Assembly: GCA_902563575.1 (NCBI GenBank)
Contig: CACEXV010000002.1
Span: 94,702 to 158,701 of the forward strand
DNA from: an uncultured Pelagibacteraceae bacterium
GTDB lineage: Bacteria > Pseudomonadota > Alphaproteobacteria > Pelagibacterales > Pelagibacteraceae
Reading direction: 5' to 3'
DNA length: 64,000 nucleotides
Within the stretch, counting starts at the first letter, position 1; each line of letters begins with the position of its first letter. The position numbers were made by a program, and so were the translations under genes. The notes under the pieces are model-generated. The model did no database searches and was not told the origin of the DNA. It worked only from the letters and a program-made list of their open reading frames with translations. This document shows, piece after piece, positions 1 through 10,546 of this stretch.

Positions 1-403
1 ACCACTGGTAGCCAATAGCCTTAACGGTAACTTCAGCTGGTGGAATTTTATCTTGAGAATACAAAACTTTAAAAGATGGGACTGCCATAACTATTAAAAT
101 TAAACAAGGTACAAGTGTCCATGCAATCTCTATCATTGTGTTATGACTAGTTTGAGAAGCAACTTTGTTATTTGAAGCTCTAAATTTAACACATGCGTAC
201 AAAACTAAAAAAAGAACGAATACTGTTATAGCTGTTATAATTGGCAACAGCATGTAGTCATGAAAAATAACGATGTCTTTCATACTTTTAGAGGCCGCAC
301 TTTGGAATCCTAATTGCCAATCAATAGGTTGGTTAGCCTCAGCAGTACCGAATGAAAATAATAGTAAAATACTTAGTAGTCGCATCAGATTTTTATATAC
401 CAT
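1..403 (-). CDS. coxB: Cytochrome c oxidase subunit II, N-terminal part (runs off window start)
   Basis: Hand translation from ATG at 403: MVYKNLMRLLS...NQPIDWQLGFQSAAS...HNTMIEIAWTLVP...VTVKAIGYQW, typical CoxB motifs. Not in the ORF track. Confidence 0.93.
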   Translation of the reverse strand, partial: MVYKNLMRLLSILLLFSFGTAEANQPIDWQLGFQSAASKSMKDIVIFHDYMLLPIITAITVFVLFLVLYACVKFRASNNKVASQTSHNTMIEIAWTLVPCLILIVMAVPSFKVLYSQDKIPPAEVTVKAIGYQW

Positions 404-437
404 TTTTATAAATTCACAATTTCAATTAATGCGACAA

Positions 438-1148
438 TTAATGATCAGAAAGGACAAAATTTATCAAGGAAATCGCACTTATGGTAGCTGTATCAGCTCT
501 TAAAATATTATTCGAAAGAGAAAAAGGAATCGTATTAGTTTTCGAAAGAATTGTCTCTCTTTCCTTTGGTGTAAAATCACCCTCTGGACCTATCAAAACG
601 CATAATGATTTAACTTCTTTAAAATCTTTTATATCTAAATTATTCTTTGAGTTAATATCGGCAAATAAAAGTTTAGTCGATTGATCTAAGCTTTCAAGAA
701 AATTTTTTAATTTTGTTACTTTAGAAATTGCTGGTGGGATCAATTGATTTGATTGTTCTGTTGCCTCTATCACAATTTTTTTTGCTCTTTCATAATTCAA
801 ATCTTTTACCTCAGTTCTCTCAGATATTAGTGGAATAATGTTACTTACACCTAGCTCTGTTGCTTTCTGAAAAATAGTTTCAAGAGGGTTTTTTTTAACC
901 AAGCAAACAGCTAGTTGAATATTATTGAATTTTTTAGCTTCTTTTATTTTGTTCAGAAATTTAACTTCTACTCTATTTCGATCCAAAAAAATAATTTCAC
1001 TTTTCCACTCGCCATGCTCATTGAAAAAAAAAATGTTCGATCCTCTTTTAAGCCGCACTACATTAACAATATAGTGAGTGTGTTCTTTTGATAATAAACT
1101 AGTTGAATTTTCTACTATACTGTCTGGATGATATAATCTAATATTCAT
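438..1148 (-). CDS. rsmE: 16S rRNA m3U1498 methyltransferase
   Basis: HYIVNVVRL, QKATELGV, EATEQS, IGPEGDF, ILRADTA SPOUT motifs. Confidence 0.95.
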   Translation of the reverse strand: MNIRLYHPDSIVENSTSLLSKEHTHYIVNVVRLKRGSNIFFFNEHGEWKSEIIFLDRNRVEVKFLNKIKEAKKFNNIQLAVCLVKKNPLETIFQKATELGVSNIIPLISERTEVKDLNYERAKKIVIEATEQSNQLIPPAISKVTKLKNFLESLDQSTKLLFADINSKNNLDIKDFKEVKSLCVLIGPEGDFTPKERETILSKTNTIPFSLSNNILRADTATISAISLINFVLSDH

Positions 1149-1197
1149 TAAATTTTATAATATAGATAAAACAAAAAAAAATTAAAGGAGCATTATT

Positions 1198-1434
1198 ATG
1201 AACAAAGGAAATAGAGCCGGGGAGAGTCCCGTTGGAGTTGATGTTGTTGAGGGAAAATCATATTTTTGGTGTACTTGCGGATTAAGTTCTAAACAGCCTT
1301 TTTGTGATGGTTCACACAAAGGAACTAATTTCATTCCATTAAAATACAAACCAGATCAATCTAAAAAAGTTTTTTTTTGTCTGTGTAAGCAAACAGTTGA
1401 CCCACCGCTTTGCGACGGATCACACAATCTCTAA
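1198..1434 (+). CDS. CDGSH iron-sulfur domain protein (two CDGSH motifs, CISD3-like)
   Basis: WCTCGLS...PFCDGSH and FCLCKQT...PLCDGSH; SD AAGGAG upstream. Confidence 0.92.
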   Translation: MNKGNRAGESPVGVDVVEGKSYFWCTCGLSSKQPFCDGSHKGTNFIPLKYKPDQSKKVFFCLCKQTVDPPLCDGSHNL

Positions 1435-1440
1435 GCTTAT

Positions 1441-2100
1441 ATGAAAACGAAAGCTGTAGTATTTGACGCTTACGGCACACTATTTGATGTTAATTCCGCT
1501 GCTGAAAAATGTAAGAGCAAAATAGGTGATAACTGGGAAGATTTTGCAAATTTTTGGCGAACAACTCAACTTGAATATACTTGGTTAAGAAGTTTGATGA
1601 AAAGACATAAAAATTTCTGGCAAATAACTGAAGATAGCTTGGATAAGTCAATGAAAGTTTTTAATATTGATGAAAATATGAGAAAAGATTTATTAAATCT
1701 TTATAAAGTTTTATCACCATACCCTGAAGTGAAAGAAGTTTTGCAGAATTTAAAAAAGAAAAACCTAAAACTTGCTATCCTTTCTAATGGTACACCTGAT
1801 CTTTTAAATGAATTAGTAGCTAGTAACAATCTAACTAGTCTTTTTGATGATTTATTTTCTATAGAAGAGGTTGGAATATTTAAACCAGACCCAAAAGTTT
1901 ATGCATTACCTTTAAAGAAATACAAGGCTCAAGCATTTGAAATAACTTTTTTAAGTGCAAATACTTGGGATGTTTCCGGAGGTGGAAACTACGGTTACAA
2001 TTCTATTTGGGTAAATAGAAACAAATCACAGTTTGATAAGCTTGATTATCAGCCAAAAAACGAAATCGACAACTTATCGCAGTTACTTAATGTTTTGTAA
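1441..2100 (+). CDS. Haloacid dehalogenase type II
   Basis: FDAYGTLFD, QLEYTW, LSNG, FKPDPKVY, SANTWD motifs. Confidence 0.9.
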   Translation: MKTKAVVFDAYGTLFDVNSAAEKCKSKIGDNWEDFANFWRTTQLEYTWLRSLMKRHKNFWQITEDSLDKSMKVFNIDENMRKDLLNLYKVLSPYPEVKEVLQNLKKKNLKLAILSNGTPDLLNELVASNNLTSLFDDLFSIEEVGIFKPDPKVYALPLKKYKAQAFEITFLSANTWDVSGGGNYGYNSIWVNRNKSQFDKLDYQPKNEIDNLSQLLNVL

Positions 2101-2120
2101 TCGTGTAATATAATTTTAAT

Positions 2121-2963
2121 ATGTCTAAAGTAGAGGTAAAAAAAATTATAAAAGCACTTAGCGCTTCTGACGGCGCAGGGGTAAAACTAAAAAGAAGTAT
2201 CGGTACGCCCGAAGCGGACTACATAGACCCGTTTTTAATGCTTGATGAGTTTGGGTCTGAAAAAAAAGATGATTATATTGCAGGTTTTCCTCCACATCCT
2301 CATAGGGGAATCGAAACGGTTACTTACATGCTTAGTGGAGAATTTGAACACCAAGATAGTACCGGAGCAAAGGGTATTATGGCCTCAGGAGATGTGCAAT
2401 GGATGAAAACTGGAAGAGGAATAATTCATTCTGAAATGCCTGCTATGAAAGAAGGAAAATTATTAGGTTTTCAGCTATGGATAAATATGCCTGCCAAATT
2501 AAAAAAAAATAAACCAGAATATCTTTATATAAAAGGTGAAGATCTTGGCATTCATTCAGATAAAGATAAAACCGTGAAAGTGATTGCGGGAAAATATGAA
2601 AAAGCAGAGGGCCCAGAAAAAAATCATAACGTAGAGCCAATTTATTTTCATATAGTTTTGAACGAAGGAAAAGAATTTACATGTCAGGTACCAGCAGGAC
2701 ATAACTCTTTTATTTATTTATTAAAAGGTGAGCTCAAAGTTGGTGAAAAAAGTCACAAAAAAACGGAAGATTCTACTTTAGTCTTACTAGAGCGTGGCAC
2801 TGAACTTACAGTTAGGAGTATCAAAAAAACTGAATTTTTATTTATAGCCGGTAAACCTATCGGTGAATCTATTGCTAGAGGTGGCCCATTCGTTATGAAT
2901 ACCAAAGCTGAAATTCTTGAAGCAATTCAAGACTATAATAACGGAACATTTGCTAAATACTAA
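2121..2963 (+). CDS. Pirin family protein
   Basis: DPFLMLDEF, GFPPHPHRGIETVTY, GRGIIHSEMP, GPFVMNT. Confidence 0.95.
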   Translation: MSKVEVKKIIKALSASDGAGVKLKRSIGTPEADYIDPFLMLDEFGSEKKDDYIAGFPPHPHRGIETVTYMLSGEFEHQDSTGAKGIMASGDVQWMKTGRGIIHSEMPAMKEGKLLGFQLWINMPAKLKKNKPEYLYIKGEDLGIHSDKDKTVKVIAGKYEKAEGPEKNHNVEPIYFHIVLNEGKEFTCQVPAGHNSFIYLLKGELKVGEKSHKKTEDSTLVLLERGTELTVRSIKKTEFLFIAGKPIGESIARGGPFVMNTKAEILEAIQDYNNGTFAKY

Positions 2964-2986
2964 AAGTTAAAGTACGTTCCAGAAAA

Positions 2987-3961
2987 ATGCCAAAATCAAT
3001 TATTATTAAAAAAAATGGTGGTCCTGAAGTTTTAGAACTCCAAGATGTTAAAGTTGGTTCTCCTGGCCCACATGAAATTAAAGTGACAAATTATGCAATT
3101 GGCTTAAATTATATTGATACTTACCATAGATCGGGCTTATATCCGCTTAAATTACCTATTGGAATTGGTTTAGAGGCAGCTGGTAAGATTGATGAAATAG
3201 GTCCAAATGTTCGTGAATTTAATAAAGGTGATAATATTGCGTATGCTTCTGTACCTTTAGGTGCGTACTCTCAACAAAGAATTATCCCTGCTAAAATAGC
3301 AGTGAAAGTACCTGATGGCATTTCTCATGAAATTGCTGCAACTTTAATGACAAAGGGTTTAACAACTAATTACCTGATATCAAAAACTTATAAATTAAAA
3401 GCAGGTGAAACTGTTTTATTTCATGCTGCCGCAGGAGGAGTAGGTCAAATCTTTGCGCAGTGGGCTAATAGTATAGGAGCAAAAGTAATTGGAACAGTTG
3501 GGTCAGATGAAAAAATTCAAATTGCAAAAGATAATGGATACGCTCATGTGATTAATTACTCAAAACAAGATTTTTCTAAAGAGGTTATGAAAATTACTGA
3601 AAACAAGGGAGTACCTGCAGTATTTGATGGGGTTGGTAAAAAAACATTTCAAGGATCGATCGCTTGTTTAAAGACTAGAGGTATGATGGTAAGTTTTGGT
3701 AACGCTTCTGGACCTCTTGATCCAATAAATGTTCCAAAAGAAATTCAACCAAAAGGATTATATTTAACCAGACCATCAATTGGACAATATTTTACAAGTA
3801 GAGAAGAGCTACAAGCAGGTGCAGATGAAATTTTTGAAAAGGTTAAATTTGGTAAAATTAAAATTAAGATATTTAAAAAATATAAGCTTGCTGATGCTAA
3901 TCAAGCACATGCAGATTTAGAGGCAAGGAAATTAACAGGACCAGCAATTCTTATTCCTTGA
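2987..3961 (+). CDS. qor: NADPH:quinone oxidoreductase (zeta-crystallin family)
   Basis: GLNYIDTYHRSGLYP, HAAAGGVG, FGNASG motifs. Confidence 0.92.
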   Translation: MPKSIIIKKNGGPEVLELQDVKVGSPGPHEIKVTNYAIGLNYIDTYHRSGLYPLKLPIGIGLEAAGKIDEIGPNVREFNKGDNIAYASVPLGAYSQQRIIPAKIAVKVPDGISHEIAATLMTKGLTTNYLISKTYKLKAGETVLFHAAAGGVGQIFAQWANSIGAKVIGTVGSDEKIQIAKDNGYAHVINYSKQDFSKEVMKITENKGVPAVFDGVGKKTFQGSIACLKTRGMMVSFGNASGPLDPINVPKEIQPKGLYLTRPSIGQYFTSREELQAGADEIFEKVKFGKIKIKIFKKYKLADANQAHADLEARKLTGPAILIP

Positions 3962-4212
3962 TGAATAAAATTATTTCACCATGTATAAGTATTTGTAAAA
4001 CTGATCCGAAGACAGGTTTCTGTTATGGTTGTGCTAGGACTGAACAAGAGAAAAAAACTTGGAAAGACGTTAATACCTCTAACAAATGGAAAAAGGATAA
4101 TTTAGATGATATTCAAAACAGAATGAAGGGATGGCAACTAGAGACATTTAAAGAATCTTATGAAAATAAATTGAGAGAGGGAATATCTCTTTATAAAAAA
4201 TTCAACTCATAA
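3961..4212 (+). CDS. DUF1289-like Cys-rich protein
   Basis: SPCISICK...CYGCART motif; ATG overlaps qor stop. Confidence 0.85.
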   Translation: MNKIISPCISICKTDPKTGFCYGCARTEQEKKTWKDVNTSNKWKKDNLDDIQNRMKGWQLETFKESYENKLREGISLYKKFNS

Positions 4213-4215
4213 TTA

Positions 4216-4617
4216 TTATTTGTTAAAATTCATATCTGACAAGTGAAGTCTTAAAGCATTTGTAGATAAAAATATTTCCCTAATGAACAAAATTATTGAA
4301 AATATCATGCTAATACAGCATGTGCCGAAAATTATCCTCGCCATTAAGGTGCTACCAAAATATAAAGCAAACACTGTTAACATATTAAATAAAAAGCCGA
4401 ACCCTCCTAATGCCAAAGTATATTTCAATAAAGTAATTCTTCCATTTAAATTTTCTAATTGCTTTTTCCATTCAGAAGGAATTTGTTTCTGAAATATCTG
4501 CTCATCATGTAGTTTTCGAACCAATGCACTTAATGTATGGAATCTATTGCTATATACAGCCATAATTAATGGTATTGCAGGAAACATTAAGGCTGTTACT
4601 GTGAAGTCAACGTTCAT
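4216..4617 (-). CDS. DUF2721-like membrane protein
   Basis: FPAIPL..YSNRF..L..LVRKLH and EI.LS..AL motifs; three hydrophobic segments. Confidence 0.8.
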   Translation of the reverse strand: MNVDFTVTALMFPAIPLIMAVYSNRFHTLSALVRKLHDEQIFQKQIPSEWKKQLENLNGRITLLKYTLALGGFGFLFNMLTVFALYFGSTLMARIIFGTCCISMIFSIILFIREIFLSTNALRLHLSDMNFNK

Positions 4618-4673
4618 ATTCGAATCAAATTGATTATGATCTTTGTGTTTGGTATTTACAAGAAATATCTTAT

Positions 4674-5534
4674 ATGAAGCATATAAAAATATTCATTGAA
4701 TTAACAAGGCTAAATAAACCAATTGGTTTCATGTTACTTTTTTGGCCTTGCAGCTGGGGATTGGCATTTTCAGCATCTTTAAATCAAAACTTTGATAAAT
4801 TAATTTACTTTTTAATTTTATTTTTTTTTGGGTCAGTATTAATGAGAAGCGCGGGGTGTATCATAAACGATGTAGTTGATAAAGATATTGATAAAAAAGT
4901 CGACAGGACAAAGAAAAGGCCGTTAGCAAACAACGATATCTCAATAAAAAGATCATTACTATACAGTTTAATTTTGTGTATTTTTGCTTTTTTAATTTTA
5001 ATACAATTTAATTTATCTACAATTGTTCTTGGAATGGGCTCTATGCTTTTGGCCTTTTCGTATCCGTTCATGAAAAGAATAACTTATTGGCCACAGCTTT
5101 TTTTAGGGATTACTTTTAATTGGGGAATTTTAATGGCATCAACAGCTATAAACAATACTATAAGTTTTGAGGTGTTCTTATTATATTTTTCAGCCATATT
5201 TTGGACATTGGGTTATGACACTATTTATGGTCTACAAGATATTGTTGACGATGAAATTATTGGCATGAAATCAACTTCAATTAAATTCAAAAAAAATCCA
5301 AAATTATTTGTTTCTTTATGCTATTTATTAAATTTAATTCCTCTTTTTTATATATTTAGATTTGATTTAAGTAATTATTTAACAAGTTTACTGTTTTTAT
5401 CCTATGTGGCTTTGCTATTATATCAAATTAAAATTTTTAATCTTAATCAACCTCTATCCTGCCTTAGAGCTTTCAAATTAAATAACTTAAATGGAATAGC
5501 AATGTTTTTGCTAATTGTTACAATAACTCTATGA
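4674..5534 (+). CDS. ubiA: 4-hydroxybenzoate polyprenyltransferase
   Basis: RLNKPIG, RSAGCIINDVVDKDID, YDTIYGLQD. Confidence 0.95.
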   Translation: MKHIKIFIELTRLNKPIGFMLLFWPCSWGLAFSASLNQNFDKLIYFLILFFFGSVLMRSAGCIINDVVDKDIDKKVDRTKKRPLANNDISIKRSLLYSLILCIFAFLILIQFNLSTIVLGMGSMLLAFSYPFMKRITYWPQLFLGITFNWGILMASTAINNTISFEVFLLYFSAIFWTLGYDTIYGLQDIVDDEIIGMKSTSIKFKKNPKLFVSLCYLLNLIPLFYIFRFDLSNYLTSLLFLSYVALLLYQIKIFNLNQPLSCLRAFKLNNLNGIAMFLLIVTITL

Positions 5535-7273
5535 AAACTTCAGAGCTAAAAAATATTATAAAGAGAATATTTAATGATTATCTGAAAAAATACTTTACCC
5601 GATTGCTTATTGCTTTACTTTTATCTTTAATAGTTGCGGCTACTACCTCAGGCATTGCGTGGTTATTGGACCCAGCAATAGAGAAAATATTTATTGAGCA
5701 AGATAAAAAATATGCATCAATTATTCCTATAGCAATAGTCCTTACATTTACGGCTAAGGGTTTAGCTTTATATTTTGCAAGATCTAATGTGATTAAAGTT
5801 GGTTACTGGGTTTGTGGAGAATTAGAGAAGGAAATGTCAAAAAAAATATTAATATCGGATACAAATACAATAGATAATAAACATTCAGCAAAATTTATTT
5901 CAAATTTTTTATTCGATACTCAGATGGTTCAGCAAATGGTGAGTACCTCGACTCTAAATCTTATGAAAGATACATTAACTTTAATAGCTTTAGTGTCTTT
6001 AATGTTTTATCAAAATTGGAAACTTGCATTATTTGCGATTTTAATTATTCCGTTAACAGCCACCTTAGCAAAGTCACTCGGAAAAAGAATAAGTAAAGCG
6101 GGATCAGAGAGTATGGACTTATCTGCAAGACTCTCCTCTTTCTTATCCGATATTGTTAGAGGATCAAAGATAATAAAGATTTACCAGTCTGAAGAGCGTG
6201 AACAAAATCGAGCTGTAAAATCTATAGATGATTTAAATAATAAGTTAATTAAAATTGGAATAATTCAAATCAGACTGACACCGATTATGGAAGCTTTGAC
6301 TGGCGTGATGATTGCAGGATTTATTTATTATTCAGGTATTCTAATTGCTGCGGGAGAAATAGGTATCAATAATTTTTTTTCTTTTTTAACTGCTATGATG
6401 TTAGCTTATCAACCTGTGAGGGCTTTGGCGACTATACACATGTCATTTCAACATGGAGCTGAGGGAGCCAAGAGAATTTTCTCAGTAATAGACCAACAAG
6501 TTGATATTAATGATAATAGTCACAAGGAAAACTTAAATTTAAAAAAAGCAGAAATAGAGTTTGAAAATGTGTCTTTCAAGTATCCTACTACCAAAGAAAG
6601 AGCGATCAAAAATATAAATTTTAAAATCAAAGGTGGCACGATGGCAGCTTTTGTTGGGCAGAGCGGTGCAGGAAAAAGTACTATAATGAGTTTAATACCA
6701 AGGTTTTACGACTCACAATCGGGTAAAATATTAATAGACGGACAAAACATATATGATGTGAATTTATTTTCCTTAAGAAAAAGCATATCTCTAGTAAGCC
6801 AAGATGTTATTCTTTTTGACGACACAGTGAGATCCAACATTTTATATGCAAATCCTAATGCTACTGAGGATCAAATTTATGGTGCTTGTAAACTAGCTGC
6901 AGCTGAAGAATTTATTATTAAACTTCCAGACGGATATGATACCAAAATAGGTGAGAACGGTGTAAAATTGTCAGGCGGTCAAAAACAAAGAATATCAATT
7001 GCAAGAGCAATATTAAAAAATTCCCCTATTATCTTATTAGATGAGGCAACTTCAGCTTTGGATACTGAGTCAGAAAAGAAAGTTCAAATTGCCATAAGAA
7101 AATTGACAGAAAATCGAACTACCTTAGTGATAGCTCATAGATTGTCCACCGTTTACAATGCAGACACTATATTTGTTGTAAATAATGGAAATATTGTCAG
7201 TTTTGGAACTCACAAAGAATTGATTGAAAAGAGCTTAGAGTATAAATCTTTGTATCAAAAACAATTGGCTTAA
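5531..7273 (+). CDS. msbA: Lipid A export ABC transporter (TMD+NBD), MsbA-like
   Basis: Walker A GQSGAGKS, LSGGQKQR, DEATSALD; upstream of waaA-lpxK. Confidence 0.85.
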   Translation: MKTSELKNIIKRIFNDYLKKYFTRLLIALLLSLIVAATTSGIAWLLDPAIEKIFIEQDKKYASIIPIAIVLTFTAKGLALYFARSNVIKVGYWVCGELEKEMSKKILISDTNTIDNKHSAKFISNFLFDTQMVQQMVSTSTLNLMKDTLTLIALVSLMFYQNWKLALFAILIIPLTATLAKSLGKRISKAGSESMDLSARLSSFLSDIVRGSKIIKIYQSEEREQNRAVKSIDDLNNKLIKIGIIQIRLTPIMEALTGVMIAGFIYYSGILIAAGEIGINNFFSFLTAMMLAYQPVRALATIHMSFQHGAEGAKRIFSVIDQQVDINDNSHKENLNLKKAEIEFENVSFKYPTTKERAIKNINFKIKGGTMAAFVGQSGAGKSTIMSLIPRFYDSQSGKILIDGQNIYDVNLFSLRKSISLVSQDVILFDDTVRSNILYANPNATEDQIYGACKLAAAEEFIIKLPDGYDTKIGENGVKLSGGQKQRISIARAILKNSPIILLDEATSALDTESEKKVQIAIRKLTENRTTLVIAHRLSTVYNADTIFVVNNGNIVSFGTHKELIEKSLEYKSLYQKQLA

Positions 7274-8526
7274 TGTTTTATTTTTACAGGTCCATAACAT
7301 CAATTTTTTCTTTTGTTTTTAAAATTATAATCTATATAAGAAAAATATTAGGTAAGGAAGATAAGTCAAGATTTAGAGAAAAAATTAATAGTAATTTTTT
7401 TAATATAAAAAAAATCGAAGAAAAAAAATTAGCCTGGTTTCACTGTGCAAGTATAGGAGAAATGAAAAGTATTGCTCCAATAGCTCACTACTTGGTTAAA
7501 GAAAGAGGGATGCAAGTTCTTGTTACCACCTTAACATTAAGTTCTAGTAAATTATTTCCAACAATATTTAATAAAGATTTTATTTTTCACAGATTTTTAC
7601 CATTGGATACTATATCCCTTGTAAGAGATTTTTTAAAAGGATGGAAGCCGTCAATTGTATTATTTGTTGATAGCGAAATTTGGCCAAACTTTTTATTTGA
7701 AATTAAAAAAGAAAAAATACCACTCTTACTATTAAATGCAAGATTAACAGATAAAAGCTTTAAAAGGTGGAATATTATTAGATCATCTGCAATTAGTGTT
7801 TTTAATTGCTTTGATAGATTCATTGCTGCAAGTGAAGACTCAAAAAATAATTTAAATAAATTAAATCTCAAAAATGTCGATTATTTTGGAAATTTGAAAT
7901 TTTCCGTTAAGGAGAATTTTCATGATAAAAATAAAAATAATATTAAAAGTAAATTTATTTGGTGTGCAGCAAGCACACATGATGGTGAAGAGGAGATTTG
8001 TATTGACGCTCATATTAAATTAAAAAAAAAAATTAATAAAATAGTTTCTATAATAATTCCAAGACATATTAATAGAGCAAAGAAAATAGAAAAACTTGCA
8101 AAAAATTATGGCTTGGATGTAGCCATGTTGAACAAGGGTAAAATAATTGAAGAGAGTAAAGAAATAGTCGTTGTTAATACCTTCGGCTATTTACAAAAGT
8201 ATTTTTCGATTTGTAATGACGTTTTTATTGGTAAATCTCTTTTGAAAAAATTTAGTGGTAAAGGTGGCCAAAATCCAATTGAAGCCGCAAAATCTGGTTG
8301 CAAAGTATATCATGGACCATTTGTGTATAATTTTGACGAAGTTTACTCTGAGCTCGCGAAATTGAATATATCATTTAAAGTAAGAAATTCTAATGAGCTT
8401 GTAGAAAAACTGTTTGAAAGTTATACGAATAATAATAATTTAAAATTGAAAAATTCAGAAAAACTGAATATTTATGGCGAAAAAATACTCACTAAAAATA
8501 TAAATATTATTGAAACATACTTGTAA
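7273..8526 (+). CDS. waaA: 3-deoxy-D-manno-octulosonic acid transferase
   Basis: WFHCASIGE, SEIWPN, AASTHDGEE, PRH, GGQNPIEAA. Confidence 0.93.
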   Translation: MFYFYRSITSIFSFVFKIIIYIRKILGKEDKSRFREKINSNFFNIKKIEEKKLAWFHCASIGEMKSIAPIAHYLVKERGMQVLVTTLTLSSSKLFPTIFNKDFIFHRFLPLDTISLVRDFLKGWKPSIVLFVDSEIWPNFLFEIKKEKIPLLLLNARLTDKSFKRWNIIRSSAISVFNCFDRFIAASEDSKNNLNKLNLKNVDYFGNLKFSVKENFHDKNKNNIKSKFIWCAASTHDGEEEICIDAHIKLKKKINKIVSIIIPRHINRAKKIEKLAKNYGLDVAMLNKGKIIEESKEIVVVNTFGYLQKYFSICNDVFIGKSLLKKFSGKGGQNPIEAAKSGCKVYHGPFVYNFDEVYSELAKLNISFKVRNSNELVEKLFESYTNNNNLKLKNSEKLNIYGEKILTKNINIIETYL

Positions 8527-9459
8527 ATGAAGATAAAAAAACCAAAATTTTGGGATAGCTCAAACATACTAATTCCAATTATTTTGTTTCCTATTACGAT
8601 TTTAGTAATGTTGCTTTCTTTTGCATTCAAAAAATTATCAAATACAAAAAAATTTAGCATCAAAGTAATTTGTATTGGAAATATCTATATTGGAGGAACT
8701 GGCAAAACTCCTCTGTCAATTAAGATTGCGGATTTACTTGAAAATAAGGATTTCAAGGTTGCGATAATTAAGAAGAATTATCAAAATCAAAATGATGAAA
8801 AAAAGTTGATTGAAAGTGCAGAAAAAAAAGTTTTCTTTGAAAATAAAAGATCAAATAGTTTAAAAATTGCAATCAGCCAAAAATATGAAGTAGCAATTCT
8901 TGATGATGGTATGCAAGACTATTCGATTTATAAAGATTTAAATATAGTTTGTTTTACCTCAAATCAACCTATAGGAAATGGGTTCACGATCCCATCTGGT
9001 CCTCTAAGAGAAAATTTAAAAGCAATTAATAAATGTGATATAGCAATGATTAACGGTAAACCAAATCTTGCGTTTGAAAAGAAATTATTAAATATTAATG
9101 ATAACATTAAAATTTACTACTCTAGATATAATTTAGTAAACAAGGAATTCTTAAAAGAATATAATTATTTGGCTTTTGCAGGTATAGGTAACCCAGAAAA
9201 TTTTTTTAATTTGTTAGAAAAAGAGGGTATAAATGTTAAAAAACGTATATCGTTTCCTGATCACTATTCCTTTTCAAACAACGATATTATGAATTTATTT
9301 GAAATGGCTAAAAAAGAAAATTTAAATTTAATTACGACTGAAAAGGACTCTTATAGGTTAAGCGACGACCAACTCAAAAATATCTCCATTGCTAAAATAA
9401 ATCTTAAAATAGATAATTTAGAAAATTTGCAAGAAGAAATTTTAAGTAAAATTCAATGA
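8527..9459 (+). CDS. lpxK: Tetraacyldisaccharide 4'-kinase
   Basis: GNIYIGGTGKTP, LDDGMQ, PSGPLRE, FPDHY, TTEKD. Confidence 0.95.
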   Translation: MKIKKPKFWDSSNILIPIILFPITILVMLLSFAFKKLSNTKKFSIKVICIGNIYIGGTGKTPLSIKIADLLENKDFKVAIIKKNYQNQNDEKKLIESAEKKVFFENKRSNSLKIAISQKYEVAILDDGMQDYSIYKDLNIVCFTSNQPIGNGFTIPSGPLRENLKAINKCDIAMINGKPNLAFEKKLLNINDNIKIYYSRYNLVNKEFLKEYNYLAFAGIGNPENFFNLLEKEGINVKKRISFPDHYSFSNNDIMNLFEMAKKENLNLITTEKDSYRLSDDQLKNISIAKINLKIDNLENLQEEILSKIQ

Positions 9460-10322
9460 AATATTTAAATTATTTACTACAAGCTATTATTGTTTATATT
9501 TCATTTTTACTAATAAAAATTCTTGGTATTAACATCAGTAGAAAAATCTTTATTAGGATTTTTAGAGTTATTGGGCCATTAGTAAGGACTAATAAAATTG
9601 TAGTTTCAAATATTTATAGAATTTATGACACAATAGACGAAGGTGGAATGAAAAAGATTATTGATGAAATGTGGTCTAATTACGCAATTACCTTTGTAGA
9701 ATACGTGTATCTTAAAAAATTTAATTCTCAACAAAACCACATACAAATTAAAAATAAAGAAATTTTAGAAAAAATTGTCAATTCTAAAAAACCTGTGATT
9801 TTTATTTCTGGACACTTCTCTAACTTTGAATTAATGGCTATGGAACTGCACAAAAGTAAAATTAAACTTTCTGCAATTTATCGGCCACTTAATAATGTTT
9901 TTTTAAATCCTTTTATGGAAATGTTAAGAAAAAAATTTATATGTCCTAATCAGATTAAAAAGGGTGTCACAGGGTTAAAGGATGCAATTAATGATCTACG
10001 AAAAGGACATAGCTTAGCTTTAATGATTGACCAAAGATTAAGCGAGGGAGAAAAAATTAAATTTTTCGGTGATGATGCAAAAACAACAACTCTGCCTGCA
10101 CAATTAGCTTTAAAATTTAATCTGTTAATAGTGCCAATTTACTTAGAAAGAAAAGAAAATTTTAGTTATAAATTAGAAGTTTTTCAGCCTTTGAATTTTG
10201 AAGAATTGGAAAATAATAATGCTAACAAAACTAAAATCACAAAAGAATTAAATAATTGGCTGGAGAAGGCTGTCCAAAAAAATCCAGGGCAGTGGATACT
10301 TACACACAATAGATGGAAATAG
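9456..10322 (+). CDS. Lipid A late acyltransferase (LpxL/HtrB family)
   Basis: SGHFSNFE, YRPLNN, DQR, PGQWILTHNRWK. Confidence 0.9.
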   Translation: MKYLNYLLQAIIVYISFLLIKILGINISRKIFIRIFRVIGPLVRTNKIVVSNIYRIYDTIDEGGMKKIIDEMWSNYAITFVEYVYLKKFNSQQNHIQIKNKEILEKIVNSKKPVIFISGHFSNFELMAMELHKSKIKLSAIYRPLNNVFLNPFMEMLRKKFICPNQIKKGVTGLKDAINDLRKGHSLALMIDQRLSEGEKIKFFGDDAKTTTLPAQLALKFNLLIVPIYLERKENFSYKLEVFQPLNFEELENNNANKTKITKELNNWLEKAVQKNPGQWILTHNRWK

Positions 10323-10511
10323 CTACTCTCCTTTAAGTTGTCCTTGTTTGATTTTTACTTCAACTGGGGAAAAATACGCTTCTTGCAATTCTACATTCCA
10401 ATAATTTAAATTCTCTAATGGTATTTTTTTTTTTGAAACCGCACATATTACATAATCCCCATTTGATATTATTTCAAAATGATTATGTTTAAATTTTAAT
10501 TTTGCCTCCAT
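10323..10511 (-). CDS. DUF2093-like small protein
   Basis: GDYVICAVS..IPLENLNYWNVELQEAY motif. Confidence 0.85.
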   Translation of the reverse strand: MEAKLKFKHNHFEIISNGDYVICAVSKKKIPLENLNYWNVELQEAYFSPVEVKIKQGQLKGE

Positions 10512-10546
10512 AAAGATTCTTCATTATATATAACATATATTTATAA

